Shown here piece by piece: positions 34,394-44,334 of a DNA stretch of 64,000 nt. The stretch's first letter is position 1. Each line of letters opens with the position of its first letter. The position numbers were made by a program, and so were the translations under genes. This stretch comes from a virus. Where the stretch lies: positions 107,567 through 171,566 of the IMG/VR virus record IMGVR_UViG_3300021963_004854. One strand, written 5' to 3'. The notes beneath the pieces were generated by a model. It had not been told where the DNA came from. It worked only from the letters and a program-made list of their open reading frames with translations, and ran no database searches.

Positions 34394-34825
34394 ATGGGCA
34401 AGTGGTCACAAAGGTTTCTCGACCTAGCCGAGCATATCGGCACATGGTCTTATGACCCTCGTACCAAGCTGGGTGCAGTGATTGTTGATGACCGCAATCG
34501 TATCATTTCAATCGGCTACAATGGCTTTCCACGTGGCGTCAAGGATTTGGCTGCCCGCTACGAAGATAGGCCAACCAAGCACCTGTTCGTAGCCCACGCC
34601 GAGCGCAATGCACTAGACAACTCTCCCATGTCGGTTGAGGGTTGCACAATGTATGTACCACTTATGCCTTGTAATGAGTGTGCCAAGAGTATTATCCAGC
34701 GCGGTATCAAGAAGGTAATCTGTTATGAGCCAGACCGCGAAGATACTTTCAACTGGGAAATTACCGAGTTGATGTTCGCAGAAGCAGGCGTTATGTTGTA
34801 TAGAGCAAAGCGCGGTGAAGAATAG
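34394..34825 (+). CDS. cd: dCMP deaminase
   Basis: GYNGFPRG, HAE.NA, PCNEC. Confidence 0.93.
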   Translation: MGKWSQRFLDLAEHIGTWSYDPRTKLGAVIVDDRNRIISIGYNGFPRGVKDLAARYEDRPTKHLFVAHAERNALDNSPMSVEGCTMYVPLMPCNECAKSIIQRGIKKVICYEPDREDTFNWEITELMFAEAGVMLYRAKRGEE

Positions 34826-34883
34826 TATTGACAAATGCCGTAAAGTGTTGTATATTGCAATGACTAACTCAGAAAGTTAAATT

Positions 34884-35048
34884 ATGGATATTCAGTTACA
34901 AATGGAACGTATTCAGAATGCCCGTCGAGCAATGGTTCGCGCCCAGAACCCTAAGTTCCGAGCATTTTGGAATGATGTTGCAAATAAGTTGTTTGCAGAA
35001 CTTGACGGTCAGCCTTGGCTTCGGACATATGATGGAAAGTTGAACTAA
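34884..35048 (+). CDS. Hypothetical protein (54 aa, not in ORF track)
   Basis: MDIQLQMERIQNARRAM...; TTGACA..TATATT promoter upstream. Confidence 0.6.
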   Translation: MDIQLQMERIQNARRAMVRAQNPKFRAFWNDVANKLFAELDGQPWLRTYDGKLN

Positions 35049-35278
35049 TGATTCTACCTGCTGGTGTAAGTGCTTTTCGTAAACCCGTGCAATTGCCTGG
35101 TATGAATTATGGTGAGAGTCATTTTCTAAATGGCTTCACGTGGCCCTATGTCAATTCTAAGGGTAAGCAGTATAATACCACGCTGACATCCAGCGGCTGG
35201 GTTTGCGATTGTATGGGTTATAACTTCCACAACAAGTGTAAGCATATTGTTGCGGTTCACGAAAAGGTTACATCATGA
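35048..35278 (+). CDS. SWIM Zn-finger protein
   Basis: CDC.G.....CKH. Confidence 0.75.
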   Translation: MILPAGVSAFRKPVQLPGMNYGESHFLNGFTWPYVNSKGKQYNTTLTSSGWVCDCMGYNFHNKCKHIVAVHEKVTS

Positions 35279-35682
35279 TTATTCAAAATGCCGTAAGTTG
35301 TAATGGTTGCGGAGATTTCATTGTCTCTAAGCACCGCCATGATTTTGTTACCTGCACATGTGGTGCAATCTCGGTGGACGGCGGCCAAGCCTACCTGCGC
35401 CGTATTGGTAGTTTGGCGCCGGGAACATACGTCGATCTTTCGTGGGAACTTCCTGATGGATTGTATCAAGCCTGTGCGCAAGCGGTGCTTGATGCAGAAG
35501 CCTCTGGTCGAAACCACATTGGTGTGGCAAATGCCGTGATGCGAACCTTGCGTGAAGCCGACCGAATTGTTGCTGACCATGAACCGCGTATCATGGCCGA
35601 GAACAAGGATCTTGATGAGATTATGGTAGTAGAAGCCGATGGAACAGTAAATCGTTATAGAAAGGTAATTATAGATGCTTGA
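35275..35682 (+). CDS. Zn-binding phage protein
   Basis: C..C...I.S.HRHDFV.C.CG...VDGG..Y.RR. Confidence 0.75.
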   Translation: MIIQNAVSCNGCGDFIVSKHRHDFVTCTCGAISVDGGQAYLRRIGSLAPGTYVDLSWELPDGLYQACAQAVLDAEASGRNHIGVANAVMRTLREADRIVADHEPRIMAENKDLDEIMVVEADGTVNRYRKVIIDA

Positions 35683-36094
35683 ATGTTTGATTATGGGTGA
35701 TAGTATCGCCGTTGGAACTAAGATGTTTGCACCCACAGAATGCGTTTCGTATTCTAAGGGTGGCTGGAATACATGGCAATGGAATAAGAAGTGGGGTGAG
35801 ACTCCACTTGAAGCCAAGCGAGTTGTTATCAGCCTCGGTACCAATGACCACAAAGGCGTCAACACCTTCAAAGAATTGATGAAGATTCGATATCGTATCC
35901 GGTCAGTTCAGGTAGTATGGATCATGCCACCTTGCAATAAGAAGTTCTGTAAGCCTGGCGTGAACAAGAATGTGACAGATATTGCCACGCGCTACGGCGA
36001 TAAGATTATCGCAACACCACATGTTCAACCGGATGGCATTCATCCCTCGTGGCGTGGTTACAAGTCTCTAGTGCAGCAAGCAGGATTGAAATAA
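35675..36094 (+). CDS. SGNH/GDSL hydrolase
   Basis: GDSI, SLGTND, DGIHP. Confidence 0.85.
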   Translation: MLECLIMGDSIAVGTKMFAPTECVSYSKGGWNTWQWNKKWGETPLEAKRVVISLGTNDHKGVNTFKELMKIRYRIRSVQVVWIMPPCNKKFCKPGVNKNVTDIATRYGDKIIATPHVQPDGIHPSWRGYKSLVQQAGLK

Positions 36095-36261
36095 TGAAAG
36101 ATGTAAAGCAAAAAGCAATAGGAGCTCTGCCATATGTGGCAGTATTTGGTGTCGCCGCGCTGGCAGTATATGGCATCACTAAAATTGTAAAGTCGGTAAA
36201 AGATATTGACTTTCCTCTAGATTTTGGCTATGATAGTCATCTAGACAAGTTCACTAAGTAA
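36094..36261 (+). CDS. Small membrane-anchored protein
   Basis: Single TM helix; TAATG coupling. Confidence 0.6.
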   Translation: MKDVKQKAIGALPYVAVFGVAALAVYGITKIVKSVKDIDFPLDFGYDSHLDKFTK

Positions 36262-36272
36262 GAAAGCGTATC

Positions 36273-37421
36273 GTGACATATTATCTTCGTAATGCAAACA
36301 CCTTTCGAGTAACAGATGAAAACTCGATTGATATCACCACTTCTCTTCCCGCTGACAACTATCTTGTCAAGGCAGACCAGTTCGGCAATCTGTTCCTAGA
36401 AACAGTTGACCGCTTCGAACCTCTGACCAAGTATTACGGTGATACTCTCCGTAATGCTGACCGTATCATGCGAACCTTCAATGACCGCAGCGCATCCACT
36501 GGTGTGTTGCTGACGGGCGAGAAGGGTTCAGGTAAGACGCTGCTGGCAAAGCACCTGTCTATCATGGGTTATGAAGCTGGTATGCCTACCATCTTGATTA
36601 ATTCGTCATGGACTGGCGACTCGTTTAATAAGTTAATTCAAGATATCCAGCAACCATCGATTGTCATGTTTGACGAATTCGAAAAGGTCTATGACCGCGA
36701 AGGACAGGAAAAGATGCTGACCCTGCTTGATGGTGTGTATGCCAGCAAGACTTTGTTCGTGTTGACCTGCAATGACAAATGGCGTATCGACTCGCATATG
36801 CGCAATCGTCCTGGTCGTATCTTCTATTCACTTGACTTCAAGGGTCTGTCGGAAGAATTCATCCGCGACTATTGCAATGATGTTCTGAATAATAAGTCTC
36901 ATATCGACCAGATTACCAAGATTGCCACACTGTTTGGTGAATTCAACTTCGATATGCTCAAGGCACTAGTCGAGGACATGAACCGCTATGACGAATCGCC
37001 GCAGGAAGCAATGCGTCTCCTGAACGCCAAGCCTGAATATGACAATGCTGAACCCGATTACACGGTTCAACTTATCATCAATGGTGAAGTTGTTCCTGAG
37101 AAGTATCTTGGCACTACGGAACTTGATTTCAATCCGCTGACTGTGACCGAACGTTTCCATATTCATTATGGCACCGAATATGCAGACGAAGACGATGATG
37201 ATTTGGAAGACGATCTGGTTGTGACAGATTCGACACGTTTCCGCCCGGTGACCGCCCGAACGCGCCAAGATAATCGCTCCAAGTATGCAGTCTTCACGCC
37301 CGCTGACCTGGCACATGTCAATGCCAAGACTGGTTCGTTCGTCTTCACCAACGCTGCTGGCGAATCTGTCCAGCTGACTAAGAAGGTAGCTAAGAGCAAC
37401 TTCTACTGGGGCGCCCTGTAA
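36273..37421 (+). CDS. AAA+ ATPase
   Basis: GEKGSGKT, FDEFEK, NRPGR. Confidence 0.92.
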   Translation: MTYYLRNANTFRVTDENSIDITTSLPADNYLVKADQFGNLFLETVDRFEPLTKYYGDTLRNADRIMRTFNDRSASTGVLLTGEKGSGKTLLAKHLSIMGYEAGMPTILINSSWTGDSFNKLIQDIQQPSIVMFDEFEKVYDREGQEKMLTLLDGVYASKTLFVLTCNDKWRIDSHMRNRPGRIFYSLDFKGLSEEFIRDYCNDVLNNKSHIDQITKIATLFGEFNFDMLKALVEDMNRYDESPQEAMRLLNAKPEYDNAEPDYTVQLIINGEVVPEKYLGTTELDFNPLTVTERFHIHYGTEYADEDDDDLEDDLVVTDSTRFRPVTARTRQDNRSKYAVFTPADLAHVNAKTGSFVFTNAAGESVQLTKKVAKSNFYWGAL

Positions 37422-37955
37422 ATGCTATCTGTCGCCGACGATTTTCTGTCCGCGATGGAACTAGAATATCACAGAATGATTCTGTTATCTAAAGTGGATG
37501 TACCTACGCTCAATAAATTTGGGATGTGGGTGCATTCACATGAGATTGAAAGTGGCCAGCTGAATGATATTCATTATAAGCTAGGCGTGATTTGGAAAAT
37601 CACCGCAGAAAAAACCCAGAATTATTTCAAAGATGTTCTGGGTGTAGATGTGGTACCATATAGTTTTCGGTATCAATGCACCAACTCAGACTATACCATT
37701 CATCCACACAAAGATGGTTCTGTCCGTGATAAATCTATTGACAATTGCTATAGTTCTATTGTATATCTAAATGATGAGTGGGACGAAAGTCTTGGTGGTA
37801 ACTTCGAAGTTCGCAACCAGTCTGTACCATCATTACCCAATAGAATGGTAATTTATTCAAGGGATGAAGAACATTGGGTATCTAAATCATTACAAGATTG
37901 GAAGATACCGAGAATGATGTTATTGATTAGTTGGAGTAAGAAAGATGAAAGTTAA
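37422..37955 (+). CDS. 2OG-Fe(II) oxygenase
   Basis: HKD, YLN.EW....GG, PNR, H.V, R. Confidence 0.8.
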   Translation: MLSVADDFLSAMELEYHRMILLSKVDVPTLNKFGMWVHSHEIESGQLNDIHYKLGVIWKITAEKTQNYFKDVLGVDVVPYSFRYQCTNSDYTIHPHKDGSVRDKSIDNCYSSIVYLNDEWDESLGGNFEVRNQSVPSLPNRMVIYSRDEEHWVSKSLQDWKIPRMMLLISWSKKDES

Positions 37956-38499
37956 TATTGGAACATATAGAACCTACTTCGGTCCATACCAACTAGCAGA
38001 AAAGATTCTATTCTGGAAGGACAAGGATGGCGATGCTGTCTTTCATCTGGGAGAGAAAATTAGTGAAACTTTCGTCGGCAAGTTTCTCTTCTGGATTGAC
38101 AGTAAGAAGAAGCGCACAGAAAAAGTTCATATCGACAAGTATGATACTTGGAGTATGGACAACACTCTTGCTCTGATTATTCTCCCCATGCTAAAGCAAC
38201 TCAAGGCGACCAAGCATGGTTCACCTGCCGTGGCAGATGAGGATGTTCCAGAAGAACTTCGCTTTGCTGCTTCGGAAGACCCCGGTCATGAGTTTGAAAC
38301 TGACAGTAACTGGCACAAGCGTTGGGACTGGGTCATGGATGAAATGATCTGGGCATTTGAACAGATTGCGGATGATAACAGCGATGCTGTTTATTTTCAA
38401 GATGGCACCCTTAATGTAGAAGCATGGAAAGCATATAATAAGCGTATTGACAACGGCACCAGACTGTTTGGTGTTTACTTTAGAGGACTGTGGGACTAA
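37945..38499 (+). CDS. Hypothetical phage protein
   Basis: YDTWSMD.TLA.II.PML.QLK..KHG, W.WVMDEMIWAF, LWD. Confidence 0.75.
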   Translation: MKVNIGTYRTYFGPYQLAEKILFWKDKDGDAVFHLGEKISETFVGKFLFWIDSKKKRTEKVHIDKYDTWSMDNTLALIILPMLKQLKATKHGSPAVADEDVPEELRFAASEDPGHEFETDSNWHKRWDWVMDEMIWAFEQIADDNSDAVYFQDGTLNVEAWKAYNKRIDNGTRLFGVYFRGLWD

Positions 38500-38732
38500 T
38501 GACTAAGTTTACTGTTGAAATTGATTACGATATGTCGGATAAGATTACGTTTGATAATCTCAAGGATTGTCGCCAGCGTTTTCTAAATGACCTGGGGCAG
38601 AACAATTCCGTTTTTGTATGGGATAGCCCAGAAGAAGATGATGCTGAAATCCAGCGGCATATTGATGCGCTTGATATTATTCTCAAGTGGTATGGTACAC
38701 CCGAACAATTGAAGGAGATTTACGGTGAGTGA
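38499..38732 (+). CDS. Hypothetical protein
   Basis: Coupled ORF. Confidence 0.65.
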   Translation: MTKFTVEIDYDMSDKITFDNLKDCRQRFLNDLGQNNSVFVWDSPEEDDAEIQRHIDALDIILKWYGTPEQLKEIYGE

Positions 38733-38910
38733 GCCAAAGACTACCAAGGGCGGTGTATTTGCACCTACCGATATTCCCGTTATCAAGCGGGCATTGCACT
38801 CTTATCTACTCGACCTTATGCGAGTAGAGGGATATAGTGAACGCAACCCTCATCCAGATGTGACGGTTATCTCAAACCTACTACACCGATTGGGCCGCAT
38901 CGATGGCTAA
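38725..38910 (+). CDS. Hypothetical protein
   Basis: AAGGAG RBS, coupled ORF. Confidence 0.65.
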   Translation: MSEPKTTKGGVFAPTDIPVIKRALHSYLLDLMRVEGYSERNPHPDVTVISNLLHRLGRIDG

Positions 38911-39175
38911 GTATCTCGTTGAAACTATTTCCATGTTTCGTATCCGGTATGTCATTGAGGCAGAGAACGCGGAACATGCAAAGGATGAAGTCACCATGAA
39001 TGATGATGGTGAACTCCGAGAGTTTTCTCAGATGCATGTTGATGAGAATATCACCTCTGTCCGAGAGATTGATCGTGAAGAATACCTTCGCTTGTTCAAT
39101 GAAGACAACGACTATCTCCAAGGCTGGGATGATGATCACAAACTGTCCTTTGTAAACGTTATAAATTATACATGA
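38903..39175 (+). CDS. Hypothetical protein
   Basis: YLVETISMFR.RYV.EA. Confidence 0.7.
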   Translation: MAKYLVETISMFRIRYVIEAENAEHAKDEVTMNDDGELREFSQMHVDENITSVREIDREEYLRLFNEDNDYLQGWDDDHKLSFVNVINYT

Positions 39176-39909
39176 TGAAAAAAACTCTATATGTAAACGG
39201 TTGTAGTTTTGCCTATGGCATAGGCATTGAACGGTATGCACCGGGTAATATGAAAGAAGTATACTCCAAGTGTGAGGCCCTTCGCTTCTCCAAGCGGTTG
39301 GCTGATGCCTGGGATATGGAAGAAATGAATGTAGCCACACCTGGCTCGTCAAACTCTCGCATTGCCCGCCGGTCATTTATTGATATTCTACAGCACAAAC
39401 CAGATAGAGTAATCATTGTCTGGTCTGATCCTTCGCGGTTCGAGTTTACAGACTATCGGGATGATCCATATCCATTCAACACAGATGCGCTTCAACTTCG
39501 CGGGTCATCTGTAGACTTCGATGACATTCCTAAATCCACAAAGAAGGCTCTAGCCACATACTATGAACAGTTGTCTTCATATCATTCTGACTTATTGAAG
39601 ACCCTACATCATGTGGCCACAATCAAGAACCTTTGTGATTCTTTGAATATTCCATGTATTCAATTGTGGTTCCGCGATGCATGTATTGACAACGCATTGA
39701 AGCGCGGCCTTCAGACTCGCCGTATTGCCACTCGCAAGACCATGGATGAGTATATCGACTATCTAGAACCTGATCCAAATATCTTCCTGTTTGACAAGAG
39801 TAAGACATTTGAGTCCATGGGCAAAAACCTATTGTGTCCATGGGACGATCATCCAAGTGAAGAGGCTCACGTTCATGTTGCTGAATGGTTCAAGGAATAC
39901 TTTAAATAA
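39172..39909 (+). CDS. SGNH-like hydrolase/acyltransferase
   Basis: LY.NGCSF, N.A.PGSSN..I, WS...R, HP...AH. Confidence 0.75.
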   Translation: MMKKTLYVNGCSFAYGIGIERYAPGNMKEVYSKCEALRFSKRLADAWDMEEMNVATPGSSNSRIARRSFIDILQHKPDRVIIVWSDPSRFEFTDYRDDPYPFNTDALQLRGSSVDFDDIPKSTKKALATYYEQLSSYHSDLLKTLHHVATIKNLCDSLNIPCIQLWFRDACIDNALKRGLQTRRIATRKTMDEYIDYLEPDPNIFLFDKSKTFESMGKNLLCPWDDHPSEEAHVHVAEWFKEYFK

Positions 39910-39911
39910 AT

Positions 39912-40211
39912 ATGAATATGATTGATAATTCATATGATCCTACTCGCAGACTTACTGGTAGAGAACGCAAAGAAAAGCGCGTTTCCCTAATGGAAGATGT
40001 TGATGAATACATCCAAGAGATTGTGATGTATTGCGATGATGAAGAAGATTTGATTGCCCTTGGCTCTCTTCTCCAGGTAATTTCCAAAAACATTCTTACT
40101 ACGGTTATGGACAAAGGCGACTGGCGCCACGTTATTAACAAGTTTGCAAAAGACGTAGAGCAACAACAAGACGTAAGGTCCACCATGGAGTCCATACGCA
40201 AATACATGTGA
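39912..40211 (+). CDS. Hypothetical protein
   Basis: AATAAATA upstream. Confidence 0.65.
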   Translation: MNMIDNSYDPTRRLTGRERKEKRVSLMEDVDEYIQEIVMYCDDEEDLIALGSLLQVISKNILTTVMDKGDWRHVINKFAKDVEQQQDVRSTMESIRKYM

Positions 40212-40218
40212 GGTGACG

Positions 40219-40413
40219 ATGGATAAGCAAAGCATAATTAATCATATCAAAGCACTTGAACAGAAACACCGCGAACAAGATGAATCCCTTGAAATCCTTA
40301 TGCAACGGCCGAAGCCACAGGAGTGGCTGATGAATACAATCAAGCGCCGCAAACTAAAGATCAAAACTGAAATTGAACATTTGAAACAACTACATAATAT
40401 TGGAGATTTGTAA
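40219..40413 (+). CDS. DUF465/YdcH-like small coiled-coil protein
   Basis: L..KH...D..L.........IKRRKLKIK.EI. Confidence 0.65.
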   Translation: MDKQSIINHIKALEQKHREQDESLEILMQRPKPQEWLMNTIKRRKLKIKTEIEHLKQLHNIGDL

Positions 40414-40601
40414 TGATTATTAATACACAAATTTTATTTAATGATATGACCAGCGACATGGAAACAGAAGCAGGTGAAAGCACCATAAATTGCAACATCT
40501 ATGTTGATGCACAGGGTGCTATGCCATCTGAAAAGGAAAAGGTAAAGGCCATTCTGGACCAGGCATACAAGGATATTAGGTCGGCGCTCTATGCGGTGTA
40601 A
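40413..40601 (+). CDS. Hypothetical protein
   Basis: GGAG RBS, TAATG coupling. Confidence 0.6.
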   Translation: MIINTQILFNDMTSDMETEAGESTINCNIYVDAQGAMPSEKEKVKAILDQAYKDIRSALYAV

Positions 40602-40770
40602 AATCGACAACGACAAGTGGGAAAATGTTGGTAAGATTTATTTCGTCCATGAAGCCAAGACTAGGGAAAAATCCACTGCGGTGCAGCTTACCCTAGAGGA
40701 CGATGATGGTAACATTATCACTACCACGGTCGCCAACCATCAAATCGAATGGCTTGAAGAAAGTTCTTGA
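40591..40770 (+). CDS. Hypothetical protein (59 aa, not in ORF track)
   Basis: MRCKIDNDKWENVGKIYFV...; stop lies in the next TTGACA. Confidence 0.55.
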   Translation: MRCKIDNDKWENVGKIYFVHEAKTREKSTAVQLTLEDDDGNIITTTVANHQIEWLEESS

Positions 40771-40824
40771 CATTTTCTACGAATCTGCTATTGTAGGATA
40801 GTAGATAGTAGAGAGAACGAATCA
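40767..40824 (+). promoter_or_regulatory. Early promoter cassette with inverted downstream GANTC
   Basis: TTGACA 40767, CGAATC 40780, TATTGT 40789, CGAATCA 40818. Confidence 0.85.
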
Positions 40825-41294
40825 TGCAAGTTACCATTACCGGAATGATTGGCAAGCGCAAAGAGAAAGCCAAGCTGATTGAGGCTGCTGAATTTTTTGC
40901 CGCCCAGTTGATGGACCCACGAATGGTTCGCAACCTGACCCTCGATATCGAAGTTTACAAAAACCTTGACGTTGAAGGTGAGTGTGTTGATGAAGACGGC
41001 ACTCGCAACCCTCGGTGGTTCACCATCGGTCTCAAGAGCCAAAAAATCGACGCCATGATAAAGACCCTTGCCCACGAAATGGTGCATGTCAAGCAACATG
41101 CCAAAAACGAACTCCAGACCGGTCACGCGGTCGCCGCTCGTGGCGGGTTCAAAATCTACAGCAAGTGGATGGGTGAAATCTGGAAGCCCAAGGGCAAAGA
41201 AGACCACTACTTTGATAGCCCTTGGGAGATTGAAGCCTATGGTCGTGAAGTAGGTCTTTATCACAAGTGGTGTGCAGCACAGGAGGCAGCATGA
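40824..41294 (+). CDS. Zn metallopeptidase-like protein
   Basis: TLAHEMVHVKQ, PWEIEA. Confidence 0.8.
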   Translation: MQVTITGMIGKRKEKAKLIEAAEFFAAQLMDPRMVRNLTLDIEVYKNLDVEGECVDEDGTRNPRWFTIGLKSQKIDAMIKTLAHEMVHVKQHAKNELQTGHAVAARGGFKIYSKWMGEIWKPKGKEDHYFDSPWEIEAYGREVGLYHKWCAAQEAA

Positions 41295-41458
41295 TGGCAA
41301 CTGAGTATTGGGTAGTCCGTATCAATTATAATCAAATTGACCGTGATCATGTTCTTGTAGATGCTGCAACAGCAAAAGAAGCAGAGATGCGTCTCCGCGA
41401 TAATGGATGTAATGCTCCTTATATTAAGGCGATGTATAAAGCAAAGGTTTCGAAGTAA
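41291..41458 (+). CDS. Hypothetical protein
   Basis: AGGAGG RBS. Confidence 0.6.
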   Translation: MMATEYWVVRINYNQIDRDHVLVDAATAKEAEMRLRDNGCNAPYIKAMYKAKVSK

Positions 41459-41664
41459 TGTATAATTTTTGGAATATTTTTGTGAATGAGATTAACAAAC
41501 ATTTCAAGAGTTTACTTGAGTGGTTGTTCTACATCGTGGTGTTTAGCATCATTAGTAACCTTGCATACGATGGCGATAAGACAGCCTTTGCTACGATGCT
41601 TGCCAGTTATGCAATGCTCTTATCAATTATTAATCAACGTAAAGTAAACTCAAATGCCAGCTAG
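41458..41664 (+). CDS. Small membrane protein
   Basis: Two hydrophobic segments. Confidence 0.6.
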   Translation: MYNFWNIFVNEINKHFKSLLEWLFYIVVFSIISNLAYDGDKTAFATMLASYAMLLSIINQRKVNSNAS

Positions 41665-42217
41665 ATTTCTAATCAGTGATACCCATTTTGGTCACACCAA
41701 CACATGGGAAAAGTTTACCCTCGCAGATGGTAGTCCTCTCCGTCCGTTCACCTCCACCGAGGAGATGGACGAGGCGATGGTAGACAACTGGAACAAGACA
41801 GTTCGTCCACAAGATACAGTATATCATCTCGGGGACGTAGTAATCGCCCGACGCCATCTGGAAACAGTGAAGCGTCTGAATGGGCGGAAAATCCTTATCC
41901 GTGGAAACCATGACATTTACAAGGATAAGGACTATTATGGGGCAGGATTCGAGCAGATTCATGGCGTTCGCGTGTTTGTGGATCAGTTCATCCTGTCTCA
42001 TATTCCCCTGCACCCAGACTGTGTAGGTGAGCGGTTCAAGCGTAACGTCCACGGTCACCTGCATGGTAATCGGATTATGCAGAAGTATGATACTGGCATG
42101 GGATCTACGTGGCATGCAGATTATGACATGCGACCAGATCCTCGCTATCTGTGTGTATGTGTGGAGCAGATTAACTACACACCTGTTTCCTTCGATGATG
42201 TATTGAAAATGACTTGA
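41654..42217 (+). CDS. Calcineurin-like metallophosphoesterase
   Basis: SDTHFGH, HLGD, GNHD, HGHLH. Confidence 0.92.
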   Translation: MPARFLISDTHFGHTNTWEKFTLADGSPLRPFTSTEEMDEAMVDNWNKTVRPQDTVYHLGDVVIARRHLETVKRLNGRKILIRGNHDIYKDKDYYGAGFEQIHGVRVFVDQFILSHIPLHPDCVGERFKRNVHGHLHGNRIMQKYDTGMGSTWHADYDMRPDPRYLCVCVEQINYTPVSFDDVLKMT

Positions 42218-42268
42218 CATGGCAGTAAAATCTGCTATAGTCAATAAGTAATTTAGAGAAAGATAAAA

Positions 42269-42865
42269 ATGAAATTGATTCTTACGGACTGTGACGGTGT
42301 TCTAATGGACTGGAATGCCACATTTACTGAGTGGATGGCACTCAAGGGCTTCAAAGAAGTCCGCACGGATGTGTACCATATCAACGAACGCTATGGCATT
42401 GACAGGAAGCAGAGTAAGGCCCTGGTGCGCGAGTTCAATGAGAGCGCAGCCATCGGCTTCTTGAAGCCCTTCCGTGATGCCCGTTACTATGTTCGGCGTA
42501 TGTATGAACAGCATGGCTATCGGTTCCGTGTCATTACCAGCCTCAGCTTGGACCCATGGGCGGTCAAGGCCCGTGAAGCAAACCTCAAGCAATACTTCGG
42601 TGACGCCATCGAGAGTGTCATTTGCCTTGACTGTGGTGCCGACAAAGACGATGCTCTTGCACCATACAAGGACAGCGGCATGTTCTGGATTGAAGATAAG
42701 CCAGAGAACGTCGAAGCTGGTATGAAGGTGGGTCTCCGTGGTATTCTGATTGACCACGAACACAACACAGACTGGCTGCCAGCCAGCATGGTAAACGTTG
42801 GTGGTAAGCTGGCATATCGGGCCGAAACATGGGCAGACATTTGCGATATCGTAAAAGATCGGTAA
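42269..42865 (+). CDS. HAD-family nucleotidase (T4 30.2-like)
   Basis: DCDGVL, ITS, WIEDK. Confidence 0.85.
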   Translation: MKLILTDCDGVLMDWNATFTEWMALKGFKEVRTDVYHINERYGIDRKQSKALVREFNESAAIGFLKPFRDARYYVRRMYEQHGYRFRVITSLSLDPWAVKAREANLKQYFGDAIESVICLDCGADKDDALAPYKDSGMFWIEDKPENVEAGMKVGLRGILIDHEHNTDWLPASMVNVGGKLAYRAETWADICDIVKDR

Positions 42866-42867
42866 CA

Positions 42868-42875
42868 TATAAATA
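42868..42875 (+). promoter_or_regulatory. T4-type late promoter
   Basis: TATAAATA followed by AAGGAG RBS. Confidence 0.75.
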
Positions 42876-42895
42876 GACGCAATAAGGAGTCTATT

Positions 42896-43573
42896 ATGCT
42901 ATCATTTGCCGATTTTATCAACCTCGTAGAAGAAGTCCTAGATGAGGGTATCCACGACCCTGCTAGACGCAAAGCTATCTTCCTAGCAGGTGGTCCTGGT
43001 TCCGGCAAGTCTTATGTATCTAAGAAGACCACACATGGTCTTGGCTTCAAGCATGTCAACTCGGATGACCTATTCGAGAAGGGCATGAAGAAGCATGGCA
43101 TGGAAGCCAATCCAGAAAATATCTACTCCAAGAAGGGTCAAGACATTCGTGCCCATGCCAAGGAACTAACCAAGAAGCGTGAACACCATTACGTCAAGGG
43201 TCGCCTTGGTCTAGTTATTGACGGTACTGGTAAAGACCCAGAGAAGATTAGAAAGCACTCCGAGCATCTCCGTAAGATGGGTTACGATACCCACATGGTA
43301 TTCGTAAACACCTCGCTTGAAACAGCCAAGAAGCGCAATGCCGCTCGTGCCCGCAGTCTACCAGACCATGAAGTCGAACGTATGCACAAGCAAGTGCAGG
43401 GCAACATTGGCCACTTCCAGAAGCATTTCGGTGCAGAACATATGCACATTGTAGACAATGACCACGCAGACGAACATGGTCTGACACAGGTCCATAAGCA
43501 CATCCGCAAGATAGCATCATCTGCCGTTCGCAACCCGATCGGCAAAAGGGAAGACGCCGCGCACCAAAAATAG
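42896..43573 (+). CDS. Zeta-toxin-like P-loop kinase, late expressed
   Basis: LAGGPGSGKS, NSD, VIDGTG, RN..R.R. Confidence 0.8.
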   Translation: MLSFADFINLVEEVLDEGIHDPARRKAIFLAGGPGSGKSYVSKKTTHGLGFKHVNSDDLFEKGMKKHGMEANPENIYSKKGQDIRAHAKELTKKREHHYVKGRLGLVIDGTGKDPEKIRKHSEHLRKMGYDTHMVFVNTSLETAKKRNAARARSLPDHEVERMHKQVQGNIGHFQKHFGAEHMHIVDNDHADEHGLTQVHKHIRKIASSAVRNPIGKREDAAHQK

Positions 43574-43576
43574 TGC

Positions 43577-43638
43577 TTGACTTTCCTCACGAATCTGCTA
43601 CATTTAATAAGTAGTCAGTGAGAAGAAAGTGATTCGAA
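43577..43638 (+). promoter_or_regulatory. Early promoter cassette (GANTC family)
   Basis: TTGACT 43577, CGAATC 43590, TACATT 43599, TGATTCG 43630. Confidence 0.8.
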
Positions 43639-43848
43639 ATGATAGTTGCCCAGCCTGCCCTTGACCTCGTTGTGATCCACGAAGACCTGCCTGTTCGGGT
43701 TTGGTACAACAACCCTGCCCCTCAGAAAGCAGTCTGGCTCATCAAGCCCAACGGTTTGATGCGGCTCTACGCCAACGAAGCCGTGATGGCGATGCCAGTG
43801 GCTGATGCTGCCATGGCAGCGAAAGCCTTTGCGCCGGTCGTGAAATGA
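43639..43848 (+). CDS. Early hypothetical protein
   Basis: Follows a cassette. Confidence 0.7.
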   Translation: MIVAQPALDLVVIHEDLPVRVWYNNPAPQKAVWLIKPNGLMRLYANEAVMAMPVADAAMAAKAFAPVVK

Positions 43849-43852
43849 CCGC

Positions 43853-43915
43853 TTGACATTTGATTGCGAATCGAGTATATTATAAAAGTAGTCAGTGAGA
43901 AAGGAATGATTCGTT
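43853..43915 (+). promoter_or_regulatory. Early promoter cassette (GANTC family)
   Basis: TTGACA 43853, CGAATCG 43867, TATATT 43876, TGATTCG 43907. Confidence 0.85.
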
Positions 43916-44272
43916 ATGGCTTATATGTCTCAGAGTGAGAAGGCTCGTCTTGCCCCTAAAGTCAAGGCAATCCTCAAGAAGTATAACATGAAGGGTTCGC
44001 TTGCGGTTCGCAATTACAGCACCCTTGTTCTCAACCTCAAGTCAGGTCCTCTGAACCTCGCCGACAATGACCGTGGTTATAACCAGGTCAATATGTATTG
44101 GTTGGCTGATAGCTACCAAGGTAAGGAACTGGCTTTCCTCCAAGAAATCAAAGCTGCCATGAATGATGGCAATTATGACAACAGCAACGCCCAAATCGAT
44201 TACTTCTCGGTGGGTTGGTACGTTAACGTCAACGCTGGTCAGTGGAACAAGCCATACCAGAAGGTTGCTTAA
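43916..44272 (+). CDS. Early hypothetical protein
   Basis: MAYMSQ..K, DNS.AQ.DYF.VGWY, G.W.KPY. Confidence 0.75.
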   Translation: MAYMSQSEKARLAPKVKAILKKYNMKGSLAVRNYSTLVLNLKSGPLNLADNDRGYNQVNMYWLADSYQGKELAFLQEIKAAMNDGNYDNSNAQIDYFSVGWYVNVNAGQWNKPYQKVA

Positions 44273-44334
44273 ATCTATTGACATTTTTGTGATTAAATGG
44301 TAATATATACCATACTTTATAATGGAGTTTTATT

